Assembly: GCA_000503835.1 (NCBI GenBank)
Contig: CP006914.1
Location: forward strand, 239,341 to 303,340
Origin: a candidate division WWE3 bacterium RAAC2_WWE3_1
Lineage (GTDB): Bacteria > Patescibacteriota > WWE3 > UBA101185 > UBA10185
Length of the DNA: 64,000 bases
Reading direction: 5' to 3'
Part shown: positions 15,601-22,909 of the stretch, one piece after another
How positions within the stretch are numbered: the stretch's first letter is position 1
Layout of the letters: each line of letters begins with the position of its first letter
Made by a program: the position numbers and the translations under genes
The notes under the pieces: model-generated
Databases searched by the model: none
Told to the model about the DNA's origin: nothing
Seen by the model: only the letters and a program-made list of their open reading frames with translations

Positions 15601-17982
15601 TGTTGCTGTAACATCGATTGTTTGAGATGAAGATGGGGCGCTGAACGCCGAGGAGCGTGCTCTGTTTGAAGGGGTGACTGTCGTATTAGCAATATCCGTA
15701 GGTGTCCCATTAGGGTCTATTTGGAGTCTTAAAGAAGATGAACTTGAATTAGCACCATTCACTTCATGATAGTATGCGGCCGATTGTGAGTATATTTCTG
15801 CGGGGTCAAAAAGAGTATCAAAGTTTTGAGGAGCGGAGCCCGAGGATAAGAGTGTATTAGCCAGTAGATATTGATTCTCGAGTTTTGTTACACCGGTAGT
15901 ACTTGTTTGGTCAACGATTATCTTTGCGGAGTAAATATCGTAGGTGCCGTTTGTGGTTCCTCCCGATGCAACGAGTCTATAATTTTTACCTGTCGCCGGT
16001 GTAAAAGAAACACGAACTCTTGTTGAGGATGTTGCAGTTCCGGAGGAAACCAATGTTGCTTTATCTGTCCATCCAGCAAAAGACCCGTTATCTTCCTGCA
16101 ATATTATTGTCGCATTGATTGTCCATGTTAAAACTAATTTACCGTCGGCACCTGAACCCCCTGTTTTTGCGGTACCGTCACCCGATCCCCCTCCCCCTCC
16201 TCCGTTACCACTTGCAGGAGCGGATCCGTTGGCACCAGCTCCTCCACCGTCTCCGCCATGCCCGGCTCCCGCCGGAGTTGATGCAGTTGGGTATGTTGCA
16301 GTATCCCAAGTCTGAGGCCCTGAATATCCGTCACTAGCCGTGCCTGCTGAAGAACCCCCGTAACCTCCTGTACCGGTATTGTGGTTTCTACCTATCTCCC
16401 CCTGTCCTCCATTAAATTTTACATCCCCAACACTTGACGAGGCGGCACCACCAAGACCTCCCGCCGGCGGAGTGCCTGTTGAATTTGACCCAGGTAAGCC
16501 TCCCATCGCCATTACACTTGAAGTATTGATAAAATAGGTGTGTCCACCAGATTGTCCCGCTCCGCTTGTTCCCCCTGAGCCTCCCGCTCCAACCACGAGC
16601 GTATGTGGGCTACCGGGCGTTACCGCCTGGGCGTTTTTTTTAACGTAAGCGCCACCTCCGCCGCCTCCGCCGCCATCAGAAGTTGCGTTTTGGCCGCCTC
16701 CGCCTCCGCCGGCACCCCAGGCCTCAACCTGAACAGATTGAACACCGCTAGGAGCTGACCAGTTACTGCTGGTCGCAGTTGTGTACGACGCTGTTCCGCT
16801 TGCCCCTGATACTTTATATACAACCTCTGCAGAAAAAGTTTTCGTTCCATCCCAATTTCCTTCCGTATAATTCCAATACTTCGGAGCGTTAAGAGCAGCC
16901 GCAGTTGTATTGGATTTTGCCACCTCGTAATTTCCGAGCTCGATTTGAGTTTGTGTGGTTGTTAAAGCGCTTTTTCCTATATTTTGAAAGACCAGGATTC
17001 TTGCTGATTTAACCTGGGGAGTTGTTCCGTTTGCCAGATTTATATTATATTCAGTCGTTCCGGTTGGAGGTGTAAACGCTGTCGCACTCCTTTTTCTTGC
17101 AAAGGCGGTTTCGGTAACCGTAACCGTTGAGTCTTGTGTTGAGGTACCCGCACGCTCGAGTGCTACCGTTAAAGTTCCGGATGAAACCTGAGCGACAACC
17201 TCAAAGTAGTATGTGACCGTTCCGCTATATTTTGTTGTATCCAGTTGAACAAGAGAAGGATCGTCCCCTGTAGCCGTCGCGATGTGGTCAATAATATTTA
17301 TCTCCTGTCTTAATTTTTGATCCGGAACAGCCGGGTCTCCGAGTGCCGCATTGTTAGCGTTTGATGTTGAGTCATATGCCGTTCCTCCGTACCCCTCGTC
17401 AAATTTCAGATACATCGAAGGCGACGGTCCTATTTCTTCACTTCCCGCACTTGGAGCACCGCTCGGAGAAAGACTTGTTACCGAGGATACAGCCCCGTCT
17501 ATTGTTGAATGGGCTATTGGGTTTGAATAGTACATAAAGATACTATTTCCCCCGTTTGTGACGCTATCGACAACAACGTCGTATACGGTTGATGTAGTGT
17601 TGCATCCTGAAACAAGGGTATATTTTAAAAGCTTCCCTCCAACCGACGTGAAAATTGTGTCATCACAATCTGTCTGCATTTTTCCGTCAGTTATCAGTGC
17701 CTGGGTATTTACGGTTACGGATATTCTTCTCTCGGAAGAAATATCCGAAGTATGCGAAAAGCTAATCTCCTGCCTTTGGTTATATGAATCATCAAACCAG
17801 TCGGCTTTAACACGGGTTGCTCTTATAATTGAAAATATTGTTACGGGGATTAAAACGGCAAGAGTTACAAGGATAATTATTCTTCTTGATTTTTTGTTTT
17901 TAAATGCGGCGGCAACTGCCTCGCGCATCTTGTTTAGTATATGGATATTTGTTTTCAGGCGCAGTTTATTGATAGCTTCCAT
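9658..17982 (-). CDS. Giant cell-surface protein (2774 aa): N-terminal signal-anchor, multiple LamG/ConA-like lectin-fold modules, two arrays of SBBP-like beta-propeller repeats, Gly-rich segments
   Basis: Uninterrupted 8.3 kb ORF. N-terminal basic stretch plus TM (RRIIILVTLAVLIPVTIFSII). Repeated LamG-like cores (W.HL.GTFDG..LKIYVNGVL; LNQWHLISLAYTNDSDDEISIYVDGVL). About 16 copies of the 41-aa unit YNGNLYVGG.FTTAGGVSVNYIAKYNDQTNQFSNIGQTTGV, resembling the SBBP beta-propeller repeat. Runs of GGGGGGGG. Confidence 0.8.
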   Translation of the reverse strand: MEAINKLRLKTNIHILNKMREAVAAAFKNKKSRRIIILVTLAVLIPVTIFSIIRATRVKADWFDDSYNQRQEISFSHTSDISSERRISVTVNTQALITDGKMQTDCDDTIFTSVGGKLLKYTLVSGCNTTSTVYDVVVDSVTNGGNSIFMYYSNPIAHSTIDGAVSSVTSLSPSGAPSAGSEEIGPSPSMYLKFDEGYGGTAYDSTSNANNAALGDPAVPDQKLRQEINIIDHIATATGDDPSLVQLDTTKYSGTVTYYFEVVAQVSSGTLTVALERAGTSTQDSTVTVTETAFARKRSATAFTPPTGTTEYNINLANGTTPQVKSARILVFQNIGKSALTTTQTQIELGNYEVAKSNTTAAALNAPKYWNYTEGNWDGTKTFSAEVVYKVSGASGTASYTTATSSNWSAPSGVQSVQVEAWGAGGGGGGQNATSDGGGGGGGGAYVKKNAQAVTPGSPHTLVVGAGGSGGTSGAGQSGGHTYFINTSSVMAMGGLPGSNSTGTPPAGGLGGAASSSVGDVKFNGGQGEIGRNHNTGTGGYGGSSAGTASDGYSGPQTWDTATYPTASTPAGAGHGGDGGGAGANGSAPASGNGGGGGGSGDGTAKTGGSGADGKLVLTWTINATIILQEDNGSFAGWTDKATLVSSGTATSSTRVRVSFTPATGKNYRLVASGGTTNGTYDIYSAKIIVDQTSTTGVTKLENQYLLANTLLSSGSAPQNFDTLFDPAEIYSQSAAYYHEVNGANSSSSSLRLQIDPNGTPTDIANTTVTPSNRARSSAFSAPSSSQTIDVTATTNNNDIYSSSILSLKTLSVSDITMPSWQSADEYCVSGRCLVFDGSDDVVGVTDNEPINFGKKLNSGFTIQMWVRANTLGGSNTGKIFSKGANNYLGLAAGSNDQVVDLSAKIDLGTTDATLTVDDALNLNQWHLISLAYTNDSDDEISIYVDGVLKGTSINGDGSPATETNTLNIGAGSSGSNFDGYIDEFKIYAKERTLVEIRSDNIKYSPTLHGTSAAFGNDSTNFVSDGLTGYWKMDEGTGTTSADYSGNSNTATLVNSAAWNEGKYVNATSLDGVDDYVTAGSNPTLAPTSQVTVSGWVKMTDGFSTSSPSNMGVVDKGDYQFYMDKTDGKAKWVVNDNVAKAFSNIGQGTGVDNFVSALAVYNGNLYVGGYFTTAGGVSVNYIAKYNDQTNQFSNIGQTTGVAGEVYAFAVYNGNLYVGGIFSTAGGVTVNYIAKYNDQTNQFSNIGQTTGVDGMVLDMTVYNGNLYVGGYFTTAGGVSVNYIAKYNDQTNQFSNIGQTTGVDTEVDSLAMYNGNLYVGGNLTTAGGVSVNYIAKYNDQTNQFSNIGQTTGVNSTVYAFAVYNGNLYVGGNFTTAGSVSVNYIAKYGTSNTKTVSSTTASFTANTWYHLTGTFDGKTLKMYINGVLENTTTNTSSFTLSASSSPLYMGKTYGSQWAGGSGENFKGRLDDFRTYNTALTDDEIYNLAELSPPSNLYYKFEEGSGTTTNDVSGNGATGTLNEGAEFAPGRYGSGVSFDGNNDFVTTSSSSYISPTSSIAVSAWVSVDNGFSTSAPGNMGVIDKGDYQLFLDKTDGKAKFVVNDSASEAFSSIGQGTGVSAPAEAFAVYNGNLYVGGQFTTAGGVSVNYIAKYNDQTNQFSNIGQTTGVSGNINALTVYNGNLYVGGTFATAGGVSVNYIAKYNDQTNQFSNIGQTTGVNSTVNAFAVYNENLYVGGGFTTAGGVTVNRIAKYNDQTNQFSNIGQTTGVGITVQTLAVYNGNLYVGGYFTTAGGVTVNYIAKYNDQTNTFSNIGQTTGVNSYVQTLAVYNGNLYVGGDLTTAGGISVNKIAKYNDSTNTFSNIGQTTGVDSTVNAFAVYNGSLYAGGYFITAGGVSVNYIAKYNDQTNQFSNIGQTTGVDSTVNAFAVYNGNLYVGGAFTTAGGVTVNQIAKYGTSKLKSVASTTSSWTPNTWYHLAGTFDGTNLKIYVNGVLENTTTNGSAYTIDSAGAPLLIGKTYGSQWVGGSGEIFKGRIDDVKIYNYPAEITQITKDLDAQYPSPDPTLGTALGFWRFDEGGGTTIYDRTGNSRNLTLTASPPTAVSYTVTGKFNKAFYPNGTNYASRDDNAFIFNAAGFALNLWFKSSSSSNPSGTEYVLGRGGNTTAGYALYFNTAGNLLFGVDDDTTWGPDTSASSPTDLYDGLWHNATAVKKDNTQIDLYIDGLLVDSKTTIAASGTVNGDNTLVIGGRGEDYSSKFNGSIDEVSIYNFDIGSDRAKLFLNDSKTSQWGAVSTDSSGNPSNSYDREFCVPGDTATCEAPFGHWKFDEGSWINDDSTLSVLDSSVNQYNLRSGPAGSGPTGGQIGKFGYAGYFDGGDDYLQEPTNADLSINTEDFSISTWIYKAPPVSTDVVIAKKATTTATDPGYYLFISSAGLPRFYISDGTDQFTLSDAASVPSNQWVHLEVVVDRDSTANTDIYVNGIKRGAAQSGTLTAVGDLNPVTASDFTVGAQPAGNTNFEGKIDNIVMYKYARTPQQINWEYNRGDATYNYKLNECSGNTANNSAQNSNGTAVGTNLTIYPQTLGNTTVGTCVGSANEMWFGGESGKFNGSLDFDGTDDYLASSNTVLLTSATSQPYNNFSFGAWVNPATAATSKTIIQKNNEFRLTTDSSNKPQCEIYAGAWQTAAVSSTALSTSTWSHVFCTYDGSNIKIYVNGVNTGTQAEADNVMSTSATALNIGRDSAGSGYFDGKIDEVSIHTMAFNDTLVKLLYNENSALRFGE
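12080..13150. repeat. Tandem ~123-bp DNA repeats (about 9 copies, high identity) encoding the first SBBP-like beta-propeller array of the giant protein
   Basis: Recurring blocks visible directly, for example tcccgttatatactgcgaaagcgttgacggtgctat and ccccgttgtctgtccgatattagaaaactgattcgtctggtcattgtattttgcaatgtagttaac. They generate spurious plus-strand ORFs with the repeated peptide PPAVVK.PPTYKFPLYTAKALTVLSTPVVCPI. Confidence 0.8.
13780..14540. repeat. Second tandem array of ~123-bp repeats (about 6 copies) encoding the second SBBP-like propeller block
   Basis: Same repeat unit as 12080-13150, separated from it by a LamG-type module. The copies are near-identical. Confidence 0.8.
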
Positions 17983-18010
17983 GCAATGAAATTTTACATT
18001 ATTTTTGGTG

Positions 18011-18406
18011 TTAGTTGCTAGGGTTTTTGGGAATAAATAAGTTTAGTTCTTTAACAGGTGTAAAGTGTTTTGTGTCCATCGTCCAAAGAAGATTTTTGTT
18101 AATTATTGCGGTAGCCGCAATAAGTGCGTCCGCTATACCAAGCCTTGTTTTTAGCCCGTATTTAATTATAAGATTGAAGGCTAGGAGCGAGATCTCTTTA
18201 TTTATTTCAACAATATCCATGCTGTCGATAAAATTCAGGTTGATTCTTCTTTCTTTACGGTCTCTTGATCCCAGAACAATTTCGCAGGCCGCTATTCTCG
18301 AAATTTGTACCGAATCTATTTGTTTATGGAAAGTGGAAACAACCTTACTATTGTGTTTCTGCATCTCAATAAGTACGGAAGTATCGATGAGAGTTTTAAT
18401 CGCCAT
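18011..18406 (-). CDS. vapC: PIN-domain ribonuclease toxin (VapC-type), 131 aa
   Basis: N-terminal LIDTSVLIE motif with the conserved Asp. Later acidic positions in GIADALIAATA and WTMDTKHF fit the PIN fold. It overlaps the upstream antitoxin gene by 11 nt. Confidence 0.75.
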   Translation of the reverse strand: MAIKTLIDTSVLIEMQKHNSKVVSTFHKQIDSVQISRIAACEIVLGSRDRKERRINLNFIDSMDIVEINKEISLLAFNLIIKYGLKTRLGIADALIAATAIINKNLLWTMDTKHFTPVKELNLFIPKNPSN

Positions 18407-18689
18407 ACCAAGAGTCTTTTCTCAACTTTGCGGCTATTGTAGAGCTAGATTTGCCCTCCCAATCTTTTCTATTTTTGTACATGCCAATAAAGTCAGAAAT
18501 AGCGTCTCTTTTGTCTAGTGAGGATTTCTTAACACGTCTCTTTTTATACTCATACGTATCGGGGTCAATTATTACTACCTGTTCCTTTCCGTTTTTTGTA
18601 ATATAAATGGGATTGAGTTTAGACATCCCCAAATACATAGAAAGGTTGTGGTGAAAGTCTCTAAGACTCACGTGCTTAGTTTTTTTCAT
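18396..18689 (-). CDS. Phd/YefM-type antitoxin, 97 aa, partner of VapC
   Basis: VSLRDFHHNLSMYL ... PIYITKNGKEQVVIIDPDTYEYKK resembles the Phd/YefM N-terminal fold. Gene order antitoxin-then-toxin with overlap. Confidence 0.6.
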   Translation of the reverse strand: MKKTKHVSLRDFHHNLSMYLGMSKLNPIYITKNGKEQVVIIDPDTYEYKKRRVKKSSLDKRDAISDFIGMYKNRKDWEGKSSSTIAAKLRKDSWYGD

Positions 18690-18797
18690 ACTTTCAATAT
18701 ATCAAGTGTTTGACAATTTGTCTAACAAAAATGTCTAATTTTATTAGATTTCGGGTGATTAGGCTTATGGGTATTCCACGGGGAATTTTGACTCCGT

Positions 18798-18874
18798 CAA
18801 AGCAATTCCACTCGCTTCGCTCGCAGAATTGTTTATCTCAAAGCAATTCCACTCGCTTCGCTCGCAGAATTGTC
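18798..18874. repeat. Two perfect 36-bp direct repeats (caaagcaattccactcgcttcgctcgcagaattgt) separated by 5 bp, between the TA module and tRNA-Glu
   Basis: 100% identical copies at 18798-18833 and 18839-18874, read directly from the sequence. Confidence 0.9.
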
Positions 18875-18960
18875 GAACACAACTAAAGTTAGTGCGTTCC
18901 CGAGCGAGAATCACACGAACAGAACCTTCACCTCGCGTTGCTCGATGAAGAACCTGTTCA

Positions 18961-19035
18961 TGGTGACCCCACGGGGAATCGAACCCCGGTTGCCGGGATG
19001 AAAACCCGGCGTCCTAACCGTTAGACGATGGGGCC
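18961..19035 (-). tRNA. tRNA-Glu (anticodon TTC), CCA encoded
   Basis: Reverse complement GGCCCCATCGTCTAACGGTTAGGACGCCGGGTTTTCATCCCGGCAACCGGGGTTCGATTCCCCGTGGGGTCACCA. Anticodon stem CCGGG/CCCGG, loop TTTTCAT (U33, TTC, A37). T-loop TTCGATT. 7-bp acceptor stem. Confidence 0.85.
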
Positions 19036-19205
19036 AAGCGTCTGAAGTGGCTTGTGACCACTGTAACAACAAGGCACAACGGTATATTATCAACAAATCT
19101 ACCTATTTGGCAACAAAACGTCGTCCGTCCGGCGCCAATTTCGTTAAAATCTTGAACAACCCCAAACCGCCCTACCAATATAAAATAGTGGTAAAATAAG
19201 TCGAA

Positions 19206-20627
19206 ATGGCCATACTAACCACCATTTACCTATACATTTACACGTTTTTTGCCGCTCTTTTACCCGGTGTAAGTTACAACGAGGGGATGTTGGGGCAGCC
19301 TCAAACCTTTTTGCCGAGTCAGGTAGTACAGCAGACAGATAAGGCCGTAAGCTCCCTCCTTTATAGAGGCCTTTTTAAATACGATATATATGGTGCGACT
19401 GTCCCCGATTTGGCCGAAACCTGGCAGGTATCTGATGACGGTCTTGTTTATACCATAAGACTTAAAGACAACCAGCTTTGGACCAACGGCAGAAAAATAA
19501 ACTCTGACGACCTTATTTACACCTCGTTTAAGGTCACGGATTTGTCAGGTGTGGCAACAGATAAGGTGGATGATATGACCGTGCGATACACACTCCCAAA
19601 TAAATACTCCCCTTTTTTGAGCCTGTTAACCGTGGGTATAATGCCCCGGGATTCCGAGGAGAATAATGACCCTCTTCATCCCGTAACAAGCGGAGACTTC
19701 AGGGTCGCCAGAATTGAGAAATCAGGCAAATACATAAGACAAATCACACTCGTTTCACCCAACAACAAGTACGATATTCAAAAAATAAGCTTTAGATACT
19801 ACACGAATGAGGACGAAATTTTAACTGCGGCCAAGCTGGGCGAGATCAACGGCTATCTTTTTTCGGAAAAAAAAGCCCCGGAGAATTTTTATAATTACGA
19901 ATTCCCGGTGCAGGGTATTTATTACGCACTGTTTTTTAATATTAGAAACGAAAAGCTTTCGGATGTCGCTGTGAGACAGAAGTTGGAAAAGGTAATACCG
20001 CTGGAAAGCTTTACGGCAGGTCGGGGCATAAGGGTCCAGGGTCCTGTGAGCCGAAGTGTTTTTACTGACCTGGAGCTTGAATTTGACCGCTACGACCCTC
20101 TTTTTTCTGAGGATCTTGGCGATATGAGCCTGACAATAAGAGTCCCTGACATTGAAGAACATGTAATTATGGCTAAACAGATAGCTTCGGTTTGGAGGGA
20201 AAAGCTGGATATAGAAGTAAAGGTCGAGCCTATCGCCGCAAATGATATTGTTCCTAGAATTATAGAACCGCGGGATTTTGAGGTTTTGTTATTCGGGCAG
20301 GAAGTAGGTCGCGACCCCGACAGGTACGTGTTATGGCACTCCGCGCAAAAAAACCCTCCCGGATTGAATTTTTCAGGATTCGACCAGGTCAGGGCCGACA
20401 GAGCTTTGGAGGAAGGCAGGAATGAGTTAGATAATGAGAAAAGGATCGTTCACTACAATGAATTTCAAAAGGTTGTTGTGGATCAGGTTCCCGCAGTCTT
20501 TTTGTATCATCCGTTTACCAACTTTTACGTTTCAAAGTATATAGAGGGGGTGGGGGAGAAGTATACCTTTACCTACGCTGACAGGTTTCTGGATTTTGAG
20601 AATTGGAGGTATGTGAGGACGAATTAG
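19206..20627 (+). CDS. ABC transporter substrate-binding protein, family 5 (peptide/nickel/oligosaccharide-binding, DppA/OppA-like)
   Basis: 473 aa with an N-terminal hydrophobic anchor. The overall size and C-terminal region (VVDQVPAVFLYHPFTNFYVSKYIEG) resemble SBP_bac_5 proteins. No cognate permease is adjacent, so the assignment is moderate. Confidence 0.45.
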   Translation: MAILTTIYLYIYTFFAALLPGVSYNEGMLGQPQTFLPSQVVQQTDKAVSSLLYRGLFKYDIYGATVPDLAETWQVSDDGLVYTIRLKDNQLWTNGRKINSDDLIYTSFKVTDLSGVATDKVDDMTVRYTLPNKYSPFLSLLTVGIMPRDSEENNDPLHPVTSGDFRVARIEKSGKYIRQITLVSPNNKYDIQKISFRYYTNEDEILTAAKLGEINGYLFSEKKAPENFYNYEFPVQGIYYALFFNIRNEKLSDVAVRQKLEKVIPLESFTAGRGIRVQGPVSRSVFTDLELEFDRYDPLFSEDLGDMSLTIRVPDIEEHVIMAKQIASVWREKLDIEVKVEPIAANDIVPRIIEPRDFEVLLFGQEVGRDPDRYVLWHSAQKNPPGLNFSGFDQVRADRALEEGRNELDNEKRIVHYNEFQKVVVDQVPAVFLYHPFTNFYVSKYIEGVGEKYTFTYADRFLDFENWRYVRTN

Positions 20628-20701
20628 AGTCGGCAGTTCTGAGTAAGGTGGGTTCTTTGGGGTTTTCTTGGGCGATGTTATAATCTTTTTGGTTGTATTG
20701 T

Positions 20702-20778
20702 GGTGGTGTGTGCCGAACGGCTTAGGCGCTGCCCTGTGGAGGCAGTTTTAGCGGGTTCGACTCCCGTACACCACCCCA
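20702..20778 (+). tRNA. tRNA-His (anticodon GTG) with extra 5' G(-1), CCA encoded
   Basis: G-1 plus GTGGTGT acceptor pairing with ACACCAC, discriminator C, CCA. Anticodon stem CTGCC/GGCAG, loop CTGTGGA (U33, GTG, G37). T-arm GCGGGTTCGACTCCCGT. Confidence 0.85.
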
Positions 20779-20860
20779 TAAATTAAGGTTGTTACATCAA
20801 CATTTCTTCCTATACCCCTAATGTATAATTGAACCCACTTGTTACTGCTATACTATTTTT

Positions 20861-21445
20861 ATGAACAAAGACTTACTTATCATTGCAGACCAGCTTCAAA
20901 GAGATGCTTATTCTATAGTAGAAAAACTACAGTTAGAAAGTGTTTTAGGTGAACGCTTTGTAGTAAAAGTTGTGGGGAGTACTGTTTATAACCTTATGAC
21001 CTGGAGGGACTTGGATTTTGACCTTGTTACACCCGTTCTACCGGATAATAAAGTATATTTTACCTTAGTAGAATATTTATTTGCCTTGTCTGAAGTTAAA
21101 AAGGTTACTTTAGCGGATAACAGAAACCTGGAAGAACAGGATAGACCAAAAAGTATGTATATTGGACTTCAATATGTGGATTCAAAAAAAGAGATATGGA
21201 AACTGGATATACGTTTATTATCAAAAGAAGATGTTGTTACAGATAGAGTTGCAGATTTGATACAGGAAAAGTTAACTGAAAAGTTTAGGCACTACATTTT
21301 GGAAATTAAAACTCAAGTACATAATAATCCTAAGTATCATAAAAGTTTTTCAAGTGTTGATATCTATAATGCAGTACTTTCAAATAGTGTCAAAGATTTG
21401 GGAGGTTTTGAGTCTTATTTAAAAACATTGGGCAAATCTTTTTGA
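20861..21445 (+). CDS. Nucleotidyltransferase-fold protein (pol beta superfamily; MNT/ANT-like), 194 aa
   Basis: Minimal NTase motif hG[GS]...DhDh: VVKVVGSTVYNLMTWRDLDFDLVTP. The substrate is unknown. Confidence 0.5.
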   Translation: MNKDLLIIADQLQRDAYSIVEKLQLESVLGERFVVKVVGSTVYNLMTWRDLDFDLVTPVLPDNKVYFTLVEYLFALSEVKKVTLADNRNLEEQDRPKSMYIGLQYVDSKKEIWKLDIRLLSKEDVVTDRVADLIQEKLTEKFRHYILEIKTQVHNNPKYHKSFSSVDIYNAVLSNSVKDLGGFESYLKTLGKSF

Positions 21446-21583
21446 ATACTAATAGTTCTTTTACTATTTGGTTCAAGTTAGCACCCATTACCGACCCCAT
21501 AAATTAAGGTTGGTATCACAACATAAATTCCAGTAACCCTAACGTAGTATTGAACCGTTGATTTAACTCAAAGGAAACTACTT

Positions 21584-22066
21584 ATGTATAATAAGTGTAT
21601 GAAAATACGAAAAGCCACAAAAAAGGATATCCCAAAAATTAGAAGGGGATTGCTAGAATCGTGGCTGTCTCATGTGGACAATGAGCCAATGTACTATAAC
21701 CGCGACCGGGTAGAAAAATCAGACATTGATACTTATTATACTAACGCCATGGACAGTGTTGATTCTTTTGTTCTTATTATTGAAGAAAATGGAAAATTTA
21801 TTGGATTTGGAAAGGCTGATATACAAAAGATAGAACCTTGGTATAAGGAGCAAAAAGTTCTGTATATAGATGATATTTACATCGAAAAAGAATTCAGAAA
21901 AAAAGGCTGTGCCAAAACTCTTTTACAGGAGTTTGAGAAGATGGCAAAAACTAGGGATATAAAATGGATTAAAGCACGAGTGTATTCTTTTAATGAGCCG
22001 GCGAAAAAACTAAATGCCTCATTTGGGTTTTATCCTTTATATTCAGAGTATTTTAAGATTATTTAG
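21584..22066 (+). CDS. GNAT family N-acetyltransferase, 160 aa
   Basis: Acetyl-CoA binding-type motif region LYIDDIYIEKEFRKKGCAKTLLQEFEKMA (Q/RxxGxG/A-like) and a C-terminal NASFGF. Confidence 0.7.
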   Translation: MYNKCMKIRKATKKDIPKIRRGLLESWLSHVDNEPMYYNRDRVEKSDIDTYYTNAMDSVDSFVLIIEENGKFIGFGKADIQKIEPWYKEQKVLYIDDIYIEKEFRKKGCAKTLLQEFEKMAKTRDIKWIKARVYSFNEPAKKLNASFGFYPLYSEYFKII

Positions 22067-22258
22067 ATATCACTTTTTAAGATTAAGAATGCGAGAATGC
22101 CGGTTGTAACCTAAACAACAATGTTAATTCTTGCACTATTTGGTTCATTTTATCGGTTATTACCAACCCCATTTTTCGATGTTGTTACTACAACATATTT
22201 CTCGTTACCCCCAATATTTAATCGAACCAGTACACGCTCAACTGCTATAATTAAGTAT

Positions 22259-22909
22259 ATGAATAAAAAAGAGCAGTGGTGGGACACAAAGCACGATAGG
22301 TATGCTTCAGAGGACTGGATAAGCAAACCGACTATATTCGCTCGATGGGTAATAGCATATCTACCAAAAAACGGAAGGTTACTCGATGTCGCAGCGGGGC
22401 ATGGCCAAGACAGCGTGTATTTTGCTAGACAAGGGTTTTCGGTGATCGCTACCGACTTTTCTGAAAAAGCGATTCAATATATTAATAAAAACATTACCCC
22501 TGATATCAAAGGTAAGATTACTACACAAAAGGTAGATTTATCAAAGAAACTGCCTTTTGAAGATAATATGTTTGATATTGTATACGGGCATCTTGCCGTC
22601 CACTATTTTACTAACAAGATTACAGATAAGGTATTTAAGGAATTAAAAAGAATACTTAAACCCGGAGGAATAATTGCGTTATTAGTAAATTCTACAAAAG
22701 ATCCGGAGTATGAAACGGGAAGAAAAATCGAAGAGGATTACTTTGAATTATCACCGGGGGATTTTAAACATTTTTTCACTATTGATTATATGCGATTGAA
22801 ATCCAAAGGACTGGAAGAAGTTTTTATTGATGATAACGGCACTACTTATAAAGATAACGCAAAAGGCGTTTTTAACTTAATAAGGTATGTTGGTAAGAAA
22901 GTAAGCTAA
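22259..22909 (+). CDS. Class I SAM-dependent methyltransferase (about 216 aa)
   Basis: Motif I LLDVAAGHGQDSVYFARQGFSVIATDFSEKAI and a post-II region ILKPGGIIALLV. The ORF track starts at 22121, but the upstream 46 aa look non-coding; the first plausible start is MNKKEQWW at 22259. Confidence 0.65.
   Translation: MNKKEQWWDTKHDRYASEDWISKPTIFARWVIAYLPKNGRLLDVAAGHGQDSVYFARQGFSVIATDFSEKAIQYINKNITPDIKGKITTQKVDLSKKLPFEDNMFDIVYGHLAVHYFTNKITDKVFKELKRILKPGGIIALLVNSTKDPEYETGRKIEEDYFELSPGDFKHFFTIDYMRLKSKGLEEVFIDDNGTTYKDNAKGVFNLIRYVGKKVS

Noticed and set aside
18798-18874. Possible CRISPR mini-array (two 36-bp perfect repeats)
   Set aside because: The repeats are separated by only 5 bp, so there are no spacers. 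There are only two copies and no cas genes nearby. They are better explained as tandem direct repeats or iterons.
18911-19096. 61-aa minus-strand ORF
   Set aside because: It fully overlaps tRNA-Glu (18961-19035). The ORF is an artefact of the tRNA sequence.
20769-20850. Treating the 65-bp repeated unit solely as an attC-like integron recombination site
   Set aside because: No integron integrase is present and no imperfect-palindrome structure was evident by eye. The repeat is better described as a duplicated tRNA 3' flank, possibly doubling as a promoter or leader.
22121-22258. Upstream extension of the methyltransferase ORF (LILALFGSFYRLLPTPFFDVV...)
   Set aside because: Composition and lack of an RBS suggest non-coding sequence. 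A conserved MTase fold needs only the residues from about MNKKEQWW onward.
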